Position numbers and translations under genes: made by a program. From assembly GCA_963765005.1 (NCBI GenBank), contig CAVXUP010000009.1, positions 77,609-141,608 on the forward strand: 64,000 nucleotides of DNA, read 5' to 3'. Source of the DNA: an uncultured Bacteroidales bacterium (GTDB lineage Bacteria > Bacteroidota > Bacteroidia > Bacteroidales > VadinHA17). This document shows, in pieces, positions 32,301-41,089 of this stretch. Each line of letters begins with the position of its first letter. The first letter of the stretch is position 1. The notes under the pieces are model-generated. The model made no database searches. It was not told the DNA's origin and saw nothing but the letters and a program-made list of their open reading frames with translations.

Positions 32301-32352
32301 TGTTGTTCCCGCAATTTATAGTTATATCTCAAGTGAATCACAAAAAAGCTGA
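29326..32352 (+). CDS. RND multidrug efflux pump, inner-membrane component (AcrB/HAE1 family), intact
   Basis: About 1008 aa from ATG 29326. 'SINRPVLATVFAIVILLFG' with 12-TM AcrB architecture, 'VVDDAIVVMENI', and a C-terminal repeat with 'GLVSKNGILIVEFAN'. Confidence 0.93.
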   Translation: MSLSSVSINRPVLATVFAIVILLFGVVGVTFLGVREFPSVDPPIINVRTSYPGANSDVIETQITEPLEQSINGIPGIRSLTSVSRQGGSDITVEFELSVDMETAANDTRDKVSQAMRMLPRDCDPPVVAKADADANPILQLTIESDKRSLLELSEIADLTIKEQLQTIPGVSAVMIMGEKRYAMRLWLDPAKLAGYRLTPLDVRNAISRENVELPSGSIEGNTTQLTIRTLGLMSTPKEFDDLIIKQTGDLIVRFKDIGRAELGPEDIRGILKRNGVPMVSDAIIPQPGSNHIEIVDEVYRRLEYIKKDLPDDIKIKIAYDNTIFIRNSIKEVKDTIYIAFALVVIIIYFFLRSWRATLIPILVIPVSLIGSFFIMYLAGYTINVLTLLAIVLAIGIVVDDAIVVMENIYVKVENGIPPVKAALEGSKEIYFAIIATTITLISVFFPIVFLQGITGRLFREFAIVMAGAVGISAFLALSLTPMVSSKLLRHESKHSWFFRKTEKFFENLNNVYRKLLNSFLNHRRATFLILAGTFALIFFLWKSIPAEMAPLEDRSQISINSTAQEGATYEFMLEYVDDISNSVEALVPEREGVISFIRGGSMGSTRIMLVNPKDRKRTQQEIADQLGAFLRKKTKARSMVMQQSTFGGRRAGMPIQYVLQATSIDKLRDVLPVFMSKVMDNPMFQMADVNLKFTKPELRIHIDRDKASVLGVSTQNIGQTLQLALSGQRFGYFFMNGKQYQILGDLARSDRNKPLDLQSLYVRNNSGEMIQFDNLVSFTEETAPPSLNRYNRFVSATISAGLAEGKTISQGLDEMDKIAKEVLDDSFRTALAGDSKDFKESSSSLMFAFVLALILIFLVLAAQFESFKDPLIVMMTVPLALTGALLFMWYFDITMNIFSQIGIIMLIGLVSKNGILIVEFANQRKHAGMSKMDAIKFAAASRFRPILMTSLATILGIMPLALGFGEGARSRVSMGIAVVGGMFFATFLTLFVVPAIYSYISSESQKS

Positions 32353-32354
32353 AA

Positions 32355-33686
32355 ATGAAAATGAAGGTCAATCATCCCTTAGCATTCTTCTTGTCACCTA
32401 TTGCACTTTCACTGAAGGGTCAGACGATGCTTGGACTTAAGGATTGCATAAGCATAGAGTCTTGAAAGAAATTTTTCAATCCTTGTTGCGAATAACAGTG
32501 AAACTATATCTGACAATAATTATACGATTGGGAATGCCGGTTATCTTCCTTCTCTTGATCTGACAGGAAGGTATAGCGGAACCCGCAATGCAACTATTAC
32601 AACTGCAACAGATGGAACTCAGACAAATTCAGAGTGCCATAAATGCTGCATCAGCAAATGCCGGTGTAACATTGGGATGGACAATCTTCAACGGATTCAA
32701 TGTGCAGACTACCTATAAGAAACTGAATGAGCTTAAACAGTTAGGGGAGCTTAATACTCAGCTTGCTGTTGAAAATCTCATAACTGATCTTGTAGCTTCA
32801 TATTACACATATATTCAGCAGGTTCAGATGATGCAAACGCTTGAATATGCTGTATCGCTCTCAAAAGAACGATTAAGGATTGATGAGGAGAGGTACCTAC
32901 TTGCAGTCGGGATCAAAGATGCAGGTTCTTCAGTCGAAAGTTTACCTGAACAATGACAGTTCAAGGCTTTCAAAACAATATGAGGTTGTCAGGGCAGCAC
33001 AGATAAGGCTTAATGAACTGATGGCGGCCGATGATCTCGGGGCCAGATTCCAGTCAACTGACACCTCAGTTATTGTAAATAGTCAGCTTACTTTACGAAA
33101 ACTTCTTGAGGAAACCCTTGCTAAAAATACGAGTCTTGTTATAGCCTCCAAGAACAAAACTAATATCTGAATATGATTATAAGATAGTTGCATCACGCAC
33201 CTATCCATACCTTAATCTGTCTACAGGATATTCTTCAAATCTGGCAATGTATTCTACAGGCACACAACAAGAGTCTGATGACCAACGGGCTGAATTATGG
33301 AGTGACGATGGGTTTTAATATTTTCGATGGATTCAACCAAAGGAGAAGCCTCAGCAATTCAGCAATTGATGTAAAGAACAAGGAGCTTAAGATATCTTGA
33401 ACTTGAGCAGGGAATCAAGGCTGATCTGATTACACTTTACAGTGCCTACAGCAATAATCTCAGGCTTATTAAACTGGAGGAGCAGAATCTTCAGACTGCA
33501 GCAGAAAACCTTGATATTGCTCTCGAAAGATACAAACTTGGAAGTCTGGCAGGAATTGATCTGCGGGAAGTCCAGAAGAGTCTCCTTGATGCAAGAGAAA
33601 GGCTTTTATTAATACAGGCGCAGGCTAAATTGGGCGAGATTTCGCTTTTGCTGATCTCAGGGAATATAATGAGCTACTATCAATAA
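32355..33686 (+). pseudogene. TolC-family outer-membrane efflux protein, broken by six successive frame steps
   Basis: Fragments by frame (coordinate mod 3): 0 from ATG 32355 to a stop at 32463; 1 ('SLERNFSILVANNSETISDNNYTIGNAGYLPSLDLTGRYSG'); 2 (32588..32956); 0 (32880..33170); 1 ('SEYDYKIVASRTYPYLNLSTGYSS'); 2 (33188..33400); 0 ('YLELEQGIKADLITLYSAY...ISLLLISGNIMSYYQ*', stop 33684-33686). Joined, they give a typical TolC of about 442 aa. Confidence 0.85.
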
Positions 33687-33698
33687 TCAAGAGTTTTG

Positions 33699-33757
33699 GG
33701 TTTCGGCCACCTTGGCTAAAGCTGCGGTGGCTAATAGGTTTCGGGTTTCGGGTTTCG
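33699..33757. repeat. GGTTTCG heptamer microrepeat flanking a short GC hairpin
   Basis: One copy of GGTTTCG at 33699-33705 and three perfect tandem copies at 33737-33757. Hairpin stem GCCACC (33706-33711) / GGTGGC (33726-33731) lies between them. The element sits just after the TolC-like stop. Confidence 0.7.
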
Positions 33758-33827
33758 CAGTTCCTGGTTCCGGTCAGTACAGCAATATTCATTAATTCAC
33801 CTTTCTTGATTAATTATCAGATTATAC

Positions 33828-33835
33828 TAAATTTG
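33828..33835 (+). promoter_or_regulatory. TAnnTTTG -7 box upstream of the nucleoside phosphorylase gene
   Basis: TAAATTTG, 18 nt upstream of ATG 33853. Confidence 0.45.
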
Positions 33836-33852
33836 ATGATTATTTTCTCATT

Positions 33853-34716
33853 ATGCAAAAGAAGACTGAACTCATTACAAATAAAGACGGAAGTATATTT
33901 CATCTCAACCTCCTGCCCGGAGATATTTCAAATAAGATAATTATTGTTGGCGATCCCGGCAGGGTTGATATGATAGCATCGCTGATGACCGATATCAGGG
34001 TAAGAAAGGAGAACAGGGAATTCAGGACTGTTACCGGAACTTTTGATACAGGGGAGGTAACCGTAATATCTTCCGGCATCGGCACTGACAATATAGATAT
34101 CCTGATCAATGAACTTGATGCCCTTGTAAATATTGACCTTGAAACCGGTTTATGCAAAGAGGATCCTGTGTCATTAACTTTCGTAAGGATTGGCACTTCC
34201 GGCGGACTGAGAGCTGATGTTCCTGCCGGTTCCTGTGTAATTACCGAGACTGCTGTAGGATTTGACGGGCTTCTGCACTTTTATGAGGGTTATGACTGGA
34301 TACTTGATACAAGACTCTCTGATATGCTGGCAGAGGCCCTTGAATGGCCCGATACCCTTTCCTACCCTTATGCAGTAAATGCCAGCAAGGATCTGCTGGA
34401 AGTATTCGGAAATGAGAAATATATAAAAGGCATAACTATTTCAGCTCCAGGTTTTTATGCCCCACAGGGAAGAAGATTAAGGCTGGAAACATTTGATAAT
34501 GAGATCAACCACAAACTTTCCGGATTTACTTATCGCAACAGGATAATTGCCAATTATGAAATGGAGAGTTCTGCTATCTATGGGTTGTCAGCTCTCCTGG
34601 GACATAAGGCACTTACAATTTGTCTTGTAATCGGAAACAGGGTCACAGGCGAGTTTGTACAGGACTACAAGCCATTGATGCAGGATCTTGCCCTGAAGGT
34701 ATTAAAGAATATCTGA
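33853..34716 (+). CDS. Nucleoside phosphorylase (PNP_UDP_1 family, uridine phosphorylase-like)
   Basis: 287 aa with 'IIVGDPGRV', 'VISSGIGTDNIDILINEL', 'FVRIGTSGGL' and 'NYEMESSAIYG'. Confidence 0.8.
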   Translation: MQKKTELITNKDGSIFHLNLLPGDISNKIIIVGDPGRVDMIASLMTDIRVRKENREFRTVTGTFDTGEVTVISSGIGTDNIDILINELDALVNIDLETGLCKEDPVSLTFVRIGTSGGLRADVPAGSCVITETAVGFDGLLHFYEGYDWILDTRLSDMLAEALEWPDTLSYPYAVNASKDLLEVFGNEKYIKGITISAPGFYAPQGRRLRLETFDNEINHKLSGFTYRNRIIANYEMESSAIYGLSALLGHKALTICLVIGNRVTGEFVQDYKPLMQDLALKVLKNI

Positions 34717-34755
34717 CAAGGATATTCAGAAGCTTGATAGTTTGTTCAAATTCCA

Positions 34756-34763
34756 TATATTTG
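34756..34763 (+). promoter_or_regulatory. TAnnTTTG -7 box upstream of the Wzz-like gene
   Basis: TATATTTG, 28 nt upstream of ATG 34791. Confidence 0.45.
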
Positions 34764-34790
34764 CAATACAATCCGGAAATACAAGCTATT

Positions 34791-35778
34791 ATGTCTGAAA
34801 AAAGTACTACAAAAAATTCAAATGAAGGGGAAATAGATTTGCTTGATCTTTTTCACAGAATGGGATTAACGATCAGCCGTTTTTTGAAAGCAATGGGAAG
34901 AGCTTTCATGATATCTCTGGTATTCATCCTGAGAAGATGGCTCCCGCTTGGACTTAGTATAATTGCAGGTGCTGTTTTATCATTTATTTTAAAATCAACA
35001 TCAGCATCTTTTTATACATCTGATATGACAATTAAAACAAATGGAACAACTGCTGCTGAAGTGATACCATATCTGAACAAGCTGCATACCTTTTGTTCTG
35101 ATGGAAATACAGCGGAACTTGCCCTTGCTCTTTCTGTAAAACATGAGTCAGTTTTTGAAATAAATGATATCAGTGCATACTGGATAATCGATCAGAATAA
35201 AGACGGAATTCCCGATTATGTGGATTACAAGAATAGCCACGATGTGTATGATACAACAAATATAAGGATGACAGACAGGCTTAATATTAAGAGTTAAGGT
35301 CAACTCTCCGCAAAAATTAACAGTAATCAGGGAAGGTATCATCAGTTTCATCAAAAAAGACTCACTCTTCCAGCAAAGAAACAGGCTCAGGCTCAGGCAG
35401 AATAATGAATTGCTGGAGCGACTTGATTATGATATTGTACAGCTCGACAGTTTACAAAAGGTAAAGTATTTTGAAGAGACCAGGAACAGGAAACCTGAAA
35501 ACGGAGGACAGATGATCTTTCTCCAGGAGCAGAATACTCAATTGGTCTATACAGATATCTACGACTTGTATGCCAGGAAACAAGCGATTGAGTCAGAAAG
35601 AGATCTGTACAAGGACATTATTACTGTATTAAGCGACTTTTCCCTTCCGGCCAGAAGAGATAACGGAGCAGTATATTATGCAAAGGTTGTAGTTCCCACC
35701 TTTTTCTGTCTTACACTTCTTATGCTTGTAATACTTGCTAACCGGAAAAAAGTAGACGAGATTTTTAAAAAATATTGA
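34791..35778 (+). pseudogene. Wzz-like polysaccharide chain-length determinant (two-TM, coiled-coil), with a +1 frameshift between 35272 and 35297
   Basis: From ATG 34791 the frame gives 'MSEKSTTKN...' with an N-terminal TM and stops at 35295-35297. The next frame is open from 35272 and continues 'VKVNSPQKLTVIREGIISFIKKDSLFQQRNRLRLRQNNELLERLDYDIVQLDSLQK...', ending in a C-terminal TM ('VVVPTFFCLTLLMLVILANRKK'). Confidence 0.65.
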
Positions 35779-35789
35779 TAAAATTGTAG

Positions 35790-35809
35790 AAACGCGATGC
35801 ATCGCGTTT
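35790..35809. terminator. Perfect 20-nt palindrome, likely a bidirectional terminator between convergent genes
   Basis: AAACGCGATGCATCGCGTTT is its own reverse complement. It lies 12 nt after the wzz-like stop and abuts the stop (35810-35812) of the last polysaccharide-locus gene. T-runs follow on both strands. Confidence 0.6.
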
Positions 35810-37126
35810 TTACATGTTTTTATCACCTACAGGGAAATCCTTAATTGTTTTTCCAGATCCTAAATCAACATATGACAGAAGGAAGGAAAATAGTGCAAAA
35901 AAGGATACGCCTGCCAGCCTGTTTAGCATTGTTTCAAAAAGGAATGAGATAAACACAATTATAATAAACATTGAAAAAAGAAGTTTCCATTCACTAACAG
36001 TGATATAAACCATTACTCCGAATATCATTAGAAAAAGAAGTAATCCAATAGCGCCATTTTCCAGGAGTATTTCAATATACTGATTATGAGCATTAAAGTT
36101 ATCCTTTGCAAAATTAGTCTTTCCAATTCGTAAATATTCTTTGTTAAGCTCATCCTGTATATCTCCGGTTCCCACACCAAACATCAAATTCTCTTTGGCA
36201 ATTTTTGTAACTGATGTCCAGATAATAAGTCGTCCGTCATGACCCGAAATATCATTTTTCTCCACATTGGACCATGACCGTATATATCCGCTTACCCTTG
36301 GATTTGTCAGAGAAAGAGGCAACAACACTAATATGGATATAAAAACAGCAAATACAACAGTTCTGCTTCTGCCTGTTCGTTTAGATTTCCGGAAAAAATA
36401 AAAAGGAAAACCGATTATAGCTGTCAGAATTCCAGCTCTTGAAGAAAGAAAATATACTGATAATAGCAGAATGCCGGCAATTATCAACCAGATTATACGT
36501 TTGCCTTTTAAAAGGTTCCTGTCATAGTAGGCTTCCAATGATATAAAAACAGAGAAAATTGTATACATTGAAAGATATGAAGGATGTTGAAATACAGCCA
36601 GTTTAGCAGCATAAAAATAATTCAGCCATGCAGCTTCCGGAGGATGAGGATTGAATCCGGGAGTACCATCCTGGAATGTTACTGACTTCCAAAAGGCAAA
36701 GGCATAACAGAAGATAAGAAATGCAAAATTGCTCAGTGCAAAAAGTCTTACCAGATATCCGGACTGACGTTTGATTAAGTCACCTGGCGAAAATAAAACC
36801 AAAGGAAAGAGAAATAACGACATTCTCAATGCAATATTTCTCCAACCAGCGTCCTGATTATTGGAATATAACATTCCAATAATCTGCCAGATATAAAAAA
36901 TAATAAATAACAAAAACAGAGTCAGCCTCCACTTAATGATCCTGTTGTTCGAATAATCCGTAAGACAAATTTCGACTGTTCTTAATATGCCCCAGGCTAT
37001 CATAACCGGTGGAATGTACCAGTGATATACCGGCAGGAGTAAAATTATAATTACCGCACACCAAAAAGAAAAGGTTCCATTTTGCAGAAGATCTTTAATA
37101 ATCAGCCTATTCCCTGATAGAGTCAT
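35810..37126 (-). CDS. O-antigen ligase/polymerase-family (Wzy_C domain) membrane protein
   Basis: 438 aa and polytopic, with 'NAHNQYIEILLENGAIGLLLFLMIF' (Wzy_C signature) after a periplasmic loop. Confidence 0.8.
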   Translation of the reverse strand: MTLSGNRLIIKDLLQNGTFSFWCAVIIILLLPVYHWYIPPVMIAWGILRTVEICLTDYSNNRIIKWRLTLFLLFIIFYIWQIIGMLYSNNQDAGWRNIALRMSLFLFPLVLFSPGDLIKRQSGYLVRLFALSNFAFLIFCYAFAFWKSVTFQDGTPGFNPHPPEAAWLNYFYAAKLAVFQHPSYLSMYTIFSVFISLEAYYDRNLLKGKRIIWLIIAGILLLSVYFLSSRAGILTAIIGFPFYFFRKSKRTGRSRTVVFAVFISILVLLPLSLTNPRVSGYIRSWSNVEKNDISGHDGRLIIWTSVTKIAKENLMFGVGTGDIQDELNKEYLRIGKTNFAKDNFNAHNQYIEILLENGAIGLLLFLMIFGVMVYITVSEWKLLFSMFIIIVFISFLFETMLNRLAGVSFFALFSFLLSYVDLGSGKTIKDFPVGDKNM

Positions 37127-38241
37127 TAAAGTATTTTAAGTATGTGATCACAGATCCTGCAGACCTGCAAATCAGATAATTCAGGATATATTGGAAGAGA
37201 TAAAATTTCTGAACACGCATTCAGGGAAACTGGAAAATCGCTCTGAGCGTGCCCCTTGTAACTATAGGCATCAATGAATGGAAGTGGTTTTGGATAATGG
37301 ATTCCAGTAATGATATTATTTTCCTCAAGGATTTTTTGTATTTGATCCCGGTGTCGGGATCGTATTACAAAGAGATGATAAACATGTTTTTTATAAGATT
37401 CAATTACAGGAAATTCAATTTCACCTGCAGTGCTTAACAAATTTCTGTACAGTTCTGATATCTCAACTCGTTTATTATTCCATTTATCGAGATATGGGAG
37501 CTTAACTGATAATATCGCAGCCTGAATTGTATCAAGCCTGCTGTTTCTCCCTATCACAGAATGAGTATGCCTGACATTCAATTGCCCGTGATTGGCAATC
37601 ATCCTGGCATTTTCTGCAAGTTTCAAGTCATTAGTAATAATTGCACCTCCGTCACCAAATGCACCGAGATTTTTACTTGGAAAGAAGCTGAACGCAGATG
37701 CAATGCCAAAAGTGCCGATTTTTCTGTTTTCATATTCTGCACCATGAGCCTGGGCACAATCTTCAATAAGATGGAGGCCATATTTAGTTGATACCGCAGA
37801 TATTTCATTCATATCAGCAGGTGATCCGTAAAGATGAACTACAATAATTGCTTTAGTTCTGGCTGTAATTTTAACTTCAATGCTATCAGCATCTATTGTA
37901 AAATTGTCCTTTTTAATATCAACAAAAACAGGTTCAGCTCCTACATTATTAACAGCCTCAGCTGTAGCAATCCATGACAAAGCAGGAACAATAACTTCGT
38001 CTCCGGATCTTACCCCCAGAGATGCGAGGATAAGCTCCAGAGCATCCGTTCCATTGCCACAGGAGACACAGTATTCAGCTCCTATATACCCGGCAAAATC
38101 GCTCTCAAAATCTACAACTCTTTTCCCTTTGATGAATGCTCCATCATTGATGCAATCAGCGATAGTTTTGTCTATATCACCTTTCAGACTTAGATACTGG
38201 GCTTTTAAGTCAACAAGAGGTATAATAGAATTGTCACTCAT
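37126..38241 (-). CDS. DegT/DnrJ/EryC1-family sugar aminotransferase (WbpE-like)
   Basis: 371 aa with 'GNGTDALEL' and 'SFFPSKNLGAFGDGGAI' (PLP lysine region). Overlaps the upstream oxidoreductase gene by 4 nt. Confidence 0.85.
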   Translation of the reverse strand: MSDNSIIPLVDLKAQYLSLKGDIDKTIADCINDGAFIKGKRVVDFESDFAGYIGAEYCVSCGNGTDALELILASLGVRSGDEVIVPALSWIATAEAVNNVGAEPVFVDIKKDNFTIDADSIEVKITARTKAIIVVHLYGSPADMNEISAVSTKYGLHLIEDCAQAHGAEYENRKIGTFGIASAFSFFPSKNLGAFGDGGAIITNDLKLAENARMIANHGQLNVRHTHSVIGRNSRLDTIQAAILSVKLPYLDKWNNKRVEISELYRNLLSTAGEIEFPVIESYKKHVYHLFVIRSRHRDQIQKILEENNIITGIHYPKPLPFIDAYSYKGHAQSDFPVSLNACSEILSLPIYPELSDLQVCRICDHILKIL

Positions 38242-39257
38242 AAAATGTTTCTATTGGCAGCAGTATAAATCTTATCTATAATTTCCACAGTCTTCATGCC
38301 TTCAAAACCATTTGTAGCTATTGTACCCTGATTCTGAAGTACCTCAATTACATTTTCATATACTTTGTTATGATTCGACATTGAGCCGGTATACATGCCA
38401 TAGTTATTCGGAGGATTGCCGGGAGGAAGATCTATTATTTTGGTATCTTTAATATCCTGATATTCAAGTTCGTTTAGATATTGTCCACCTATTTTTACTG
38501 TACCTTTTTCTCCGAATATGGTAAGGGAACCCTCCATGTTTTTTGAATAGCTGTTTACATTGAAGTTCAATGTTCCTATTATTCCATTATAGAATTCCAG
38601 CAGAGCTACACCTGAATCTTCAAATTCGATAATCTCCTTATGCTGATAGTTTCTGGTAAATGCTTTAACTATTTTGACATCACCGAAGAACCAGTAAAGC
38701 AAGTCTATAAAATGGCTGAACTGAGTAAAGAGAGTTCCCCCATCCTGATCCATTGTTCCTTTCCATTCTGACTGGCTGTAATATTCTGAATTCCTGTTCC
38801 AGAAACAGTTAAGTTGAACTGTTCCAATTTTACCAAGCTGCCCTTCATCAAGTAACTCCTTGACTGCCTTAACCGGAGGATTATACCTGTTTTGTTTGAC
38901 AATAAATAATCTCTTGTTTGCCCTTTCAGCCTCCTTAATCATCTCTCCACAGTCGAAAACGCTTATAGCCATCGGTTTCTCGCATAAAACATGCATGCCT
39001 TTCCTGAAAGCCTTGATAGCATGCTCAGCGTGCAGTCCGTTAGGTGAGCAAATAGATACTACATCGATATTATTTTCATTTTTCAGAAGTTCATCTATGC
39101 TATAATATGCTCTGGCTTTATACTTCAAACCAAAATTGTCAGCTTTCTTATTTGCAATATCACAAACTGCAACAAGGTTCGCCAGTTTTTTTATCTGCTC
39201 AGCATGCCGTTCAGCAATCCTGCCACAACCAACAATCGCAAAATTAAGTCTGTTCAT
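38238..39257 (-). CDS. Gfo/Idh/MocA-family sugar oxidoreductase (WbpB-like)
   Basis: 'MNRLNFAIVGCGRIAERH' Rossmann N-terminus, 'CEKPM', and 'WKGTMDQDGGTLFTQFSHFIDLL'. I chose the start at ATG 39257. Confidence 0.8.
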   Translation of the reverse strand: MNRLNFAIVGCGRIAERHAEQIKKLANLVAVCDIANKKADNFGLKYKARAYYSIDELLKNENNIDVVSICSPNGLHAEHAIKAFRKGMHVLCEKPMAISVFDCGEMIKEAERANKRLFIVKQNRYNPPVKAVKELLDEGQLGKIGTVQLNCFWNRNSEYYSQSEWKGTMDQDGGTLFTQFSHFIDLLYWFFGDVKIVKAFTRNYQHKEIIEFEDSGVALLEFYNGIIGTLNFNVNSYSKNMEGSLTIFGEKGTVKIGGQYLNELEYQDIKDTKIIDLPPGNPPNNYGMYTGSMSNHNKVYENVIEVLQNQGTIATNGFEGMKTVEIIDKIYTAANRNIL

Positions 39258-39286
39258 TTTAAATTCTGGCTTGAATAGCAAGTATG

Positions 39287-40423
39287 CTATCCTGTAAAAG
39301 ATTTTTCAATGCACTCGATCACCCTTATCTGGTCAGTCTCAGAGAGGTTACTCCCCGATGGCAGACAAAGCCCGTTTTTAAAAAGATTGTCAGATACTCC
39401 GTTGATATAGGCAGGATATTCGGTGAATACAGGCTGGCTGTGCAACGGTTTCCACAATGGCCTGGATTCAATGTTTTCTTTTTCCAGTGCTATTCTTAAG
39501 TCCTCACGGGTGATACCACCTGTAATTGAAGGTTCAACAAAAATTGTAGTAAGCCACCGGTTGGAGATGTATCTCTTGTCTGGTTCCTTATGAAAACTTA
39601 TTCCTTTAATTTCCGAAAGCCTCATAAAATATGTTGAGAATATCATTCTCCTGCATTCTACACGATCATCAAGAACTTCAAGCTGTCCTCTTCCTATGCC
39701 AGCCAATATATTGCTCATCCTGTAGTTATACCCTATCTTTGAATGCTGGTAATGCACAGCTTTATCTGCAGCCTGTGTGGAAAGAAATCTTGCATAATCT
39801 ACATATTCCTTGTTATTCGAGACCAGTGCTCCGCCACCTGAGGTTGTAATGATCTTATTGCCGTTGAATGAAAGAATACCAATATCACCGAAAGATCCGC
39901 ACTTCTTCCCATCATATTCGCTGCCAATGGCTTCTGCAGCATCTTCAATAACCGGAATACCATAACGGGAGGCAACAGAAAGAATCTCACTTGTTTTTGC
40001 AGGCATTCCGTACAGGTGAACAACAATTATCGCTTTCGGCTTTTTCCCGGCATCTGTACGCTCCTTTATCGCTTTTTCAAGCAGTACAGGATCCATATTC
40101 CATGTTTCAGGTTCACTGTCGATAAACACTGGCGTAGCCCCCTGGTAAACAATCGGATTTGCAGATGCTGCAAATGTAAACGATGAACACATGACTTCAT
40201 CGCCGTGCTTGATTCCAAGAATTATAAGAGCCAGATGTATTGCAGCTGTTCCTGAGGCGAGCGCTGCCGTGCCTTTTACAGACAAATATTGAGACAAGTC
40301 TTTCTCAAACCTGTCAACATTTGGGCCCAGAGGAGCGATCCAATTAGTTGTAAAAGCCTCATTGATATACTTCATCTCTTCTCCGCTCATATGAGGAGAA
40401 GAGAGCCAGATTTTTTGTTTCAT
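39287..40423 (-). CDS. DegT-family aminotransferase (PglE/EpsN/WcfR-like 4-aminotransferase)
   Basis: 378 aa with 'IWLSSPHMSGEE', 'FTFAASANP' and 'SFNGNKIITTSGGGALV'. Confidence 0.85.
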   Translation of the reverse strand: MKQKIWLSSPHMSGEEMKYINEAFTTNWIAPLGPNVDRFEKDLSQYLSVKGTAALASGTAAIHLALIILGIKHGDEVMCSSFTFAASANPIVYQGATPVFIDSEPETWNMDPVLLEKAIKERTDAGKKPKAIIVVHLYGMPAKTSEILSVASRYGIPVIEDAAEAIGSEYDGKKCGSFGDIGILSFNGNKIITTSGGGALVSNNKEYVDYARFLSTQAADKAVHYQHSKIGYNYRMSNILAGIGRGQLEVLDDRVECRRMIFSTYFMRLSEIKGISFHKEPDKRYISNRWLTTIFVEPSITGGITREDLRIALEKENIESRPLWKPLHSQPVFTEYPAYINGVSDNLFKNGLCLPSGSNLSETDQIRVIECIEKSFTG

Positions 40424-40426
40424 TCC

Positions 40427-41089
40427 TTATATTATACCTATTTCGTCAAATCTCTTAATAAACATATCCGGTAAATAATCCTTTGAATACTCAGATAAGT
40501 CCTGCTTGTGAATGTTATTACTATCCAATATGCAAATAGTCGACCAGCCAAGGTTTTTCGGAGTTATGAAATCCTTACTGCAATTATCTCCAAAATAGCA
40601 ATATCGATTATTACGGTAATCTTTCATAAACACTTCAAAAAGTACTTTAGAAGGTTTCTCGCATCCGTATTCTTCGCTAATTACTATATCGTCAATATAT
40701 CCAGCAAGCCCCAGCGCTTTGATTTTATTCAGCTGAGTAATTTTTCTTCCGTCCGTAATAATACCTGTCCTTCCATTTCTCCTTTTTATCTCAGCAAGCA
40801 ACTCCTTCACTCCTTCCCGCAGTGAGATTTCGGGATAATGATTACGGTATAAATATAACAGTTTTTCAAGCGTCAGGCTTGTCTTTTTGTACTTTTCTAA
40901 AAGAAAACTGAATGCATTTTCTCCTTTTGTATAGAAATCCATCATCTGTCGGTAAAGAATTCCGTCAGTTTCCCCTGATATTTCCATGGCTATGGCGCGG
41001 TATGCTGATTTCAGATATTCTATTTCAAGAAACAATGTGTCATCAAGATCAAATACGACACATGAATTGCTGTCAACCTTTATAGTCAT
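40427..41089 (-). CDS. HAD-superfamily hydrolase
   Basis: 'VVFDLDDTLF' (HAD motif I), 'GIITDGRK', and 'YFGDNCSKDF' (motif IV-like). The start is uncertain; candidate ATGs are 41089 and 41104. The gene overlaps the end of the ATP-grasp gene. Confidence 0.7.
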   Translation of the reverse strand: MTIKVDSNSCVVFDLDDTLFLEIEYLKSAYRAIAMEISGETDGILYRQMMDFYTKGENAFSFLLEKYKKTSLTLEKLLYLYRNHYPEISLREGVKELLAEIKRRNGRTGIITDGRKITQLNKIKALGLAGYIDDIVISEEYGCEKPSKVLFEVFMKDYRNNRYCYFGDNCSKDFITPKNLGWSTICILDSNNIHKQDLSEYSKDYLPDMFIKRFDEIGII

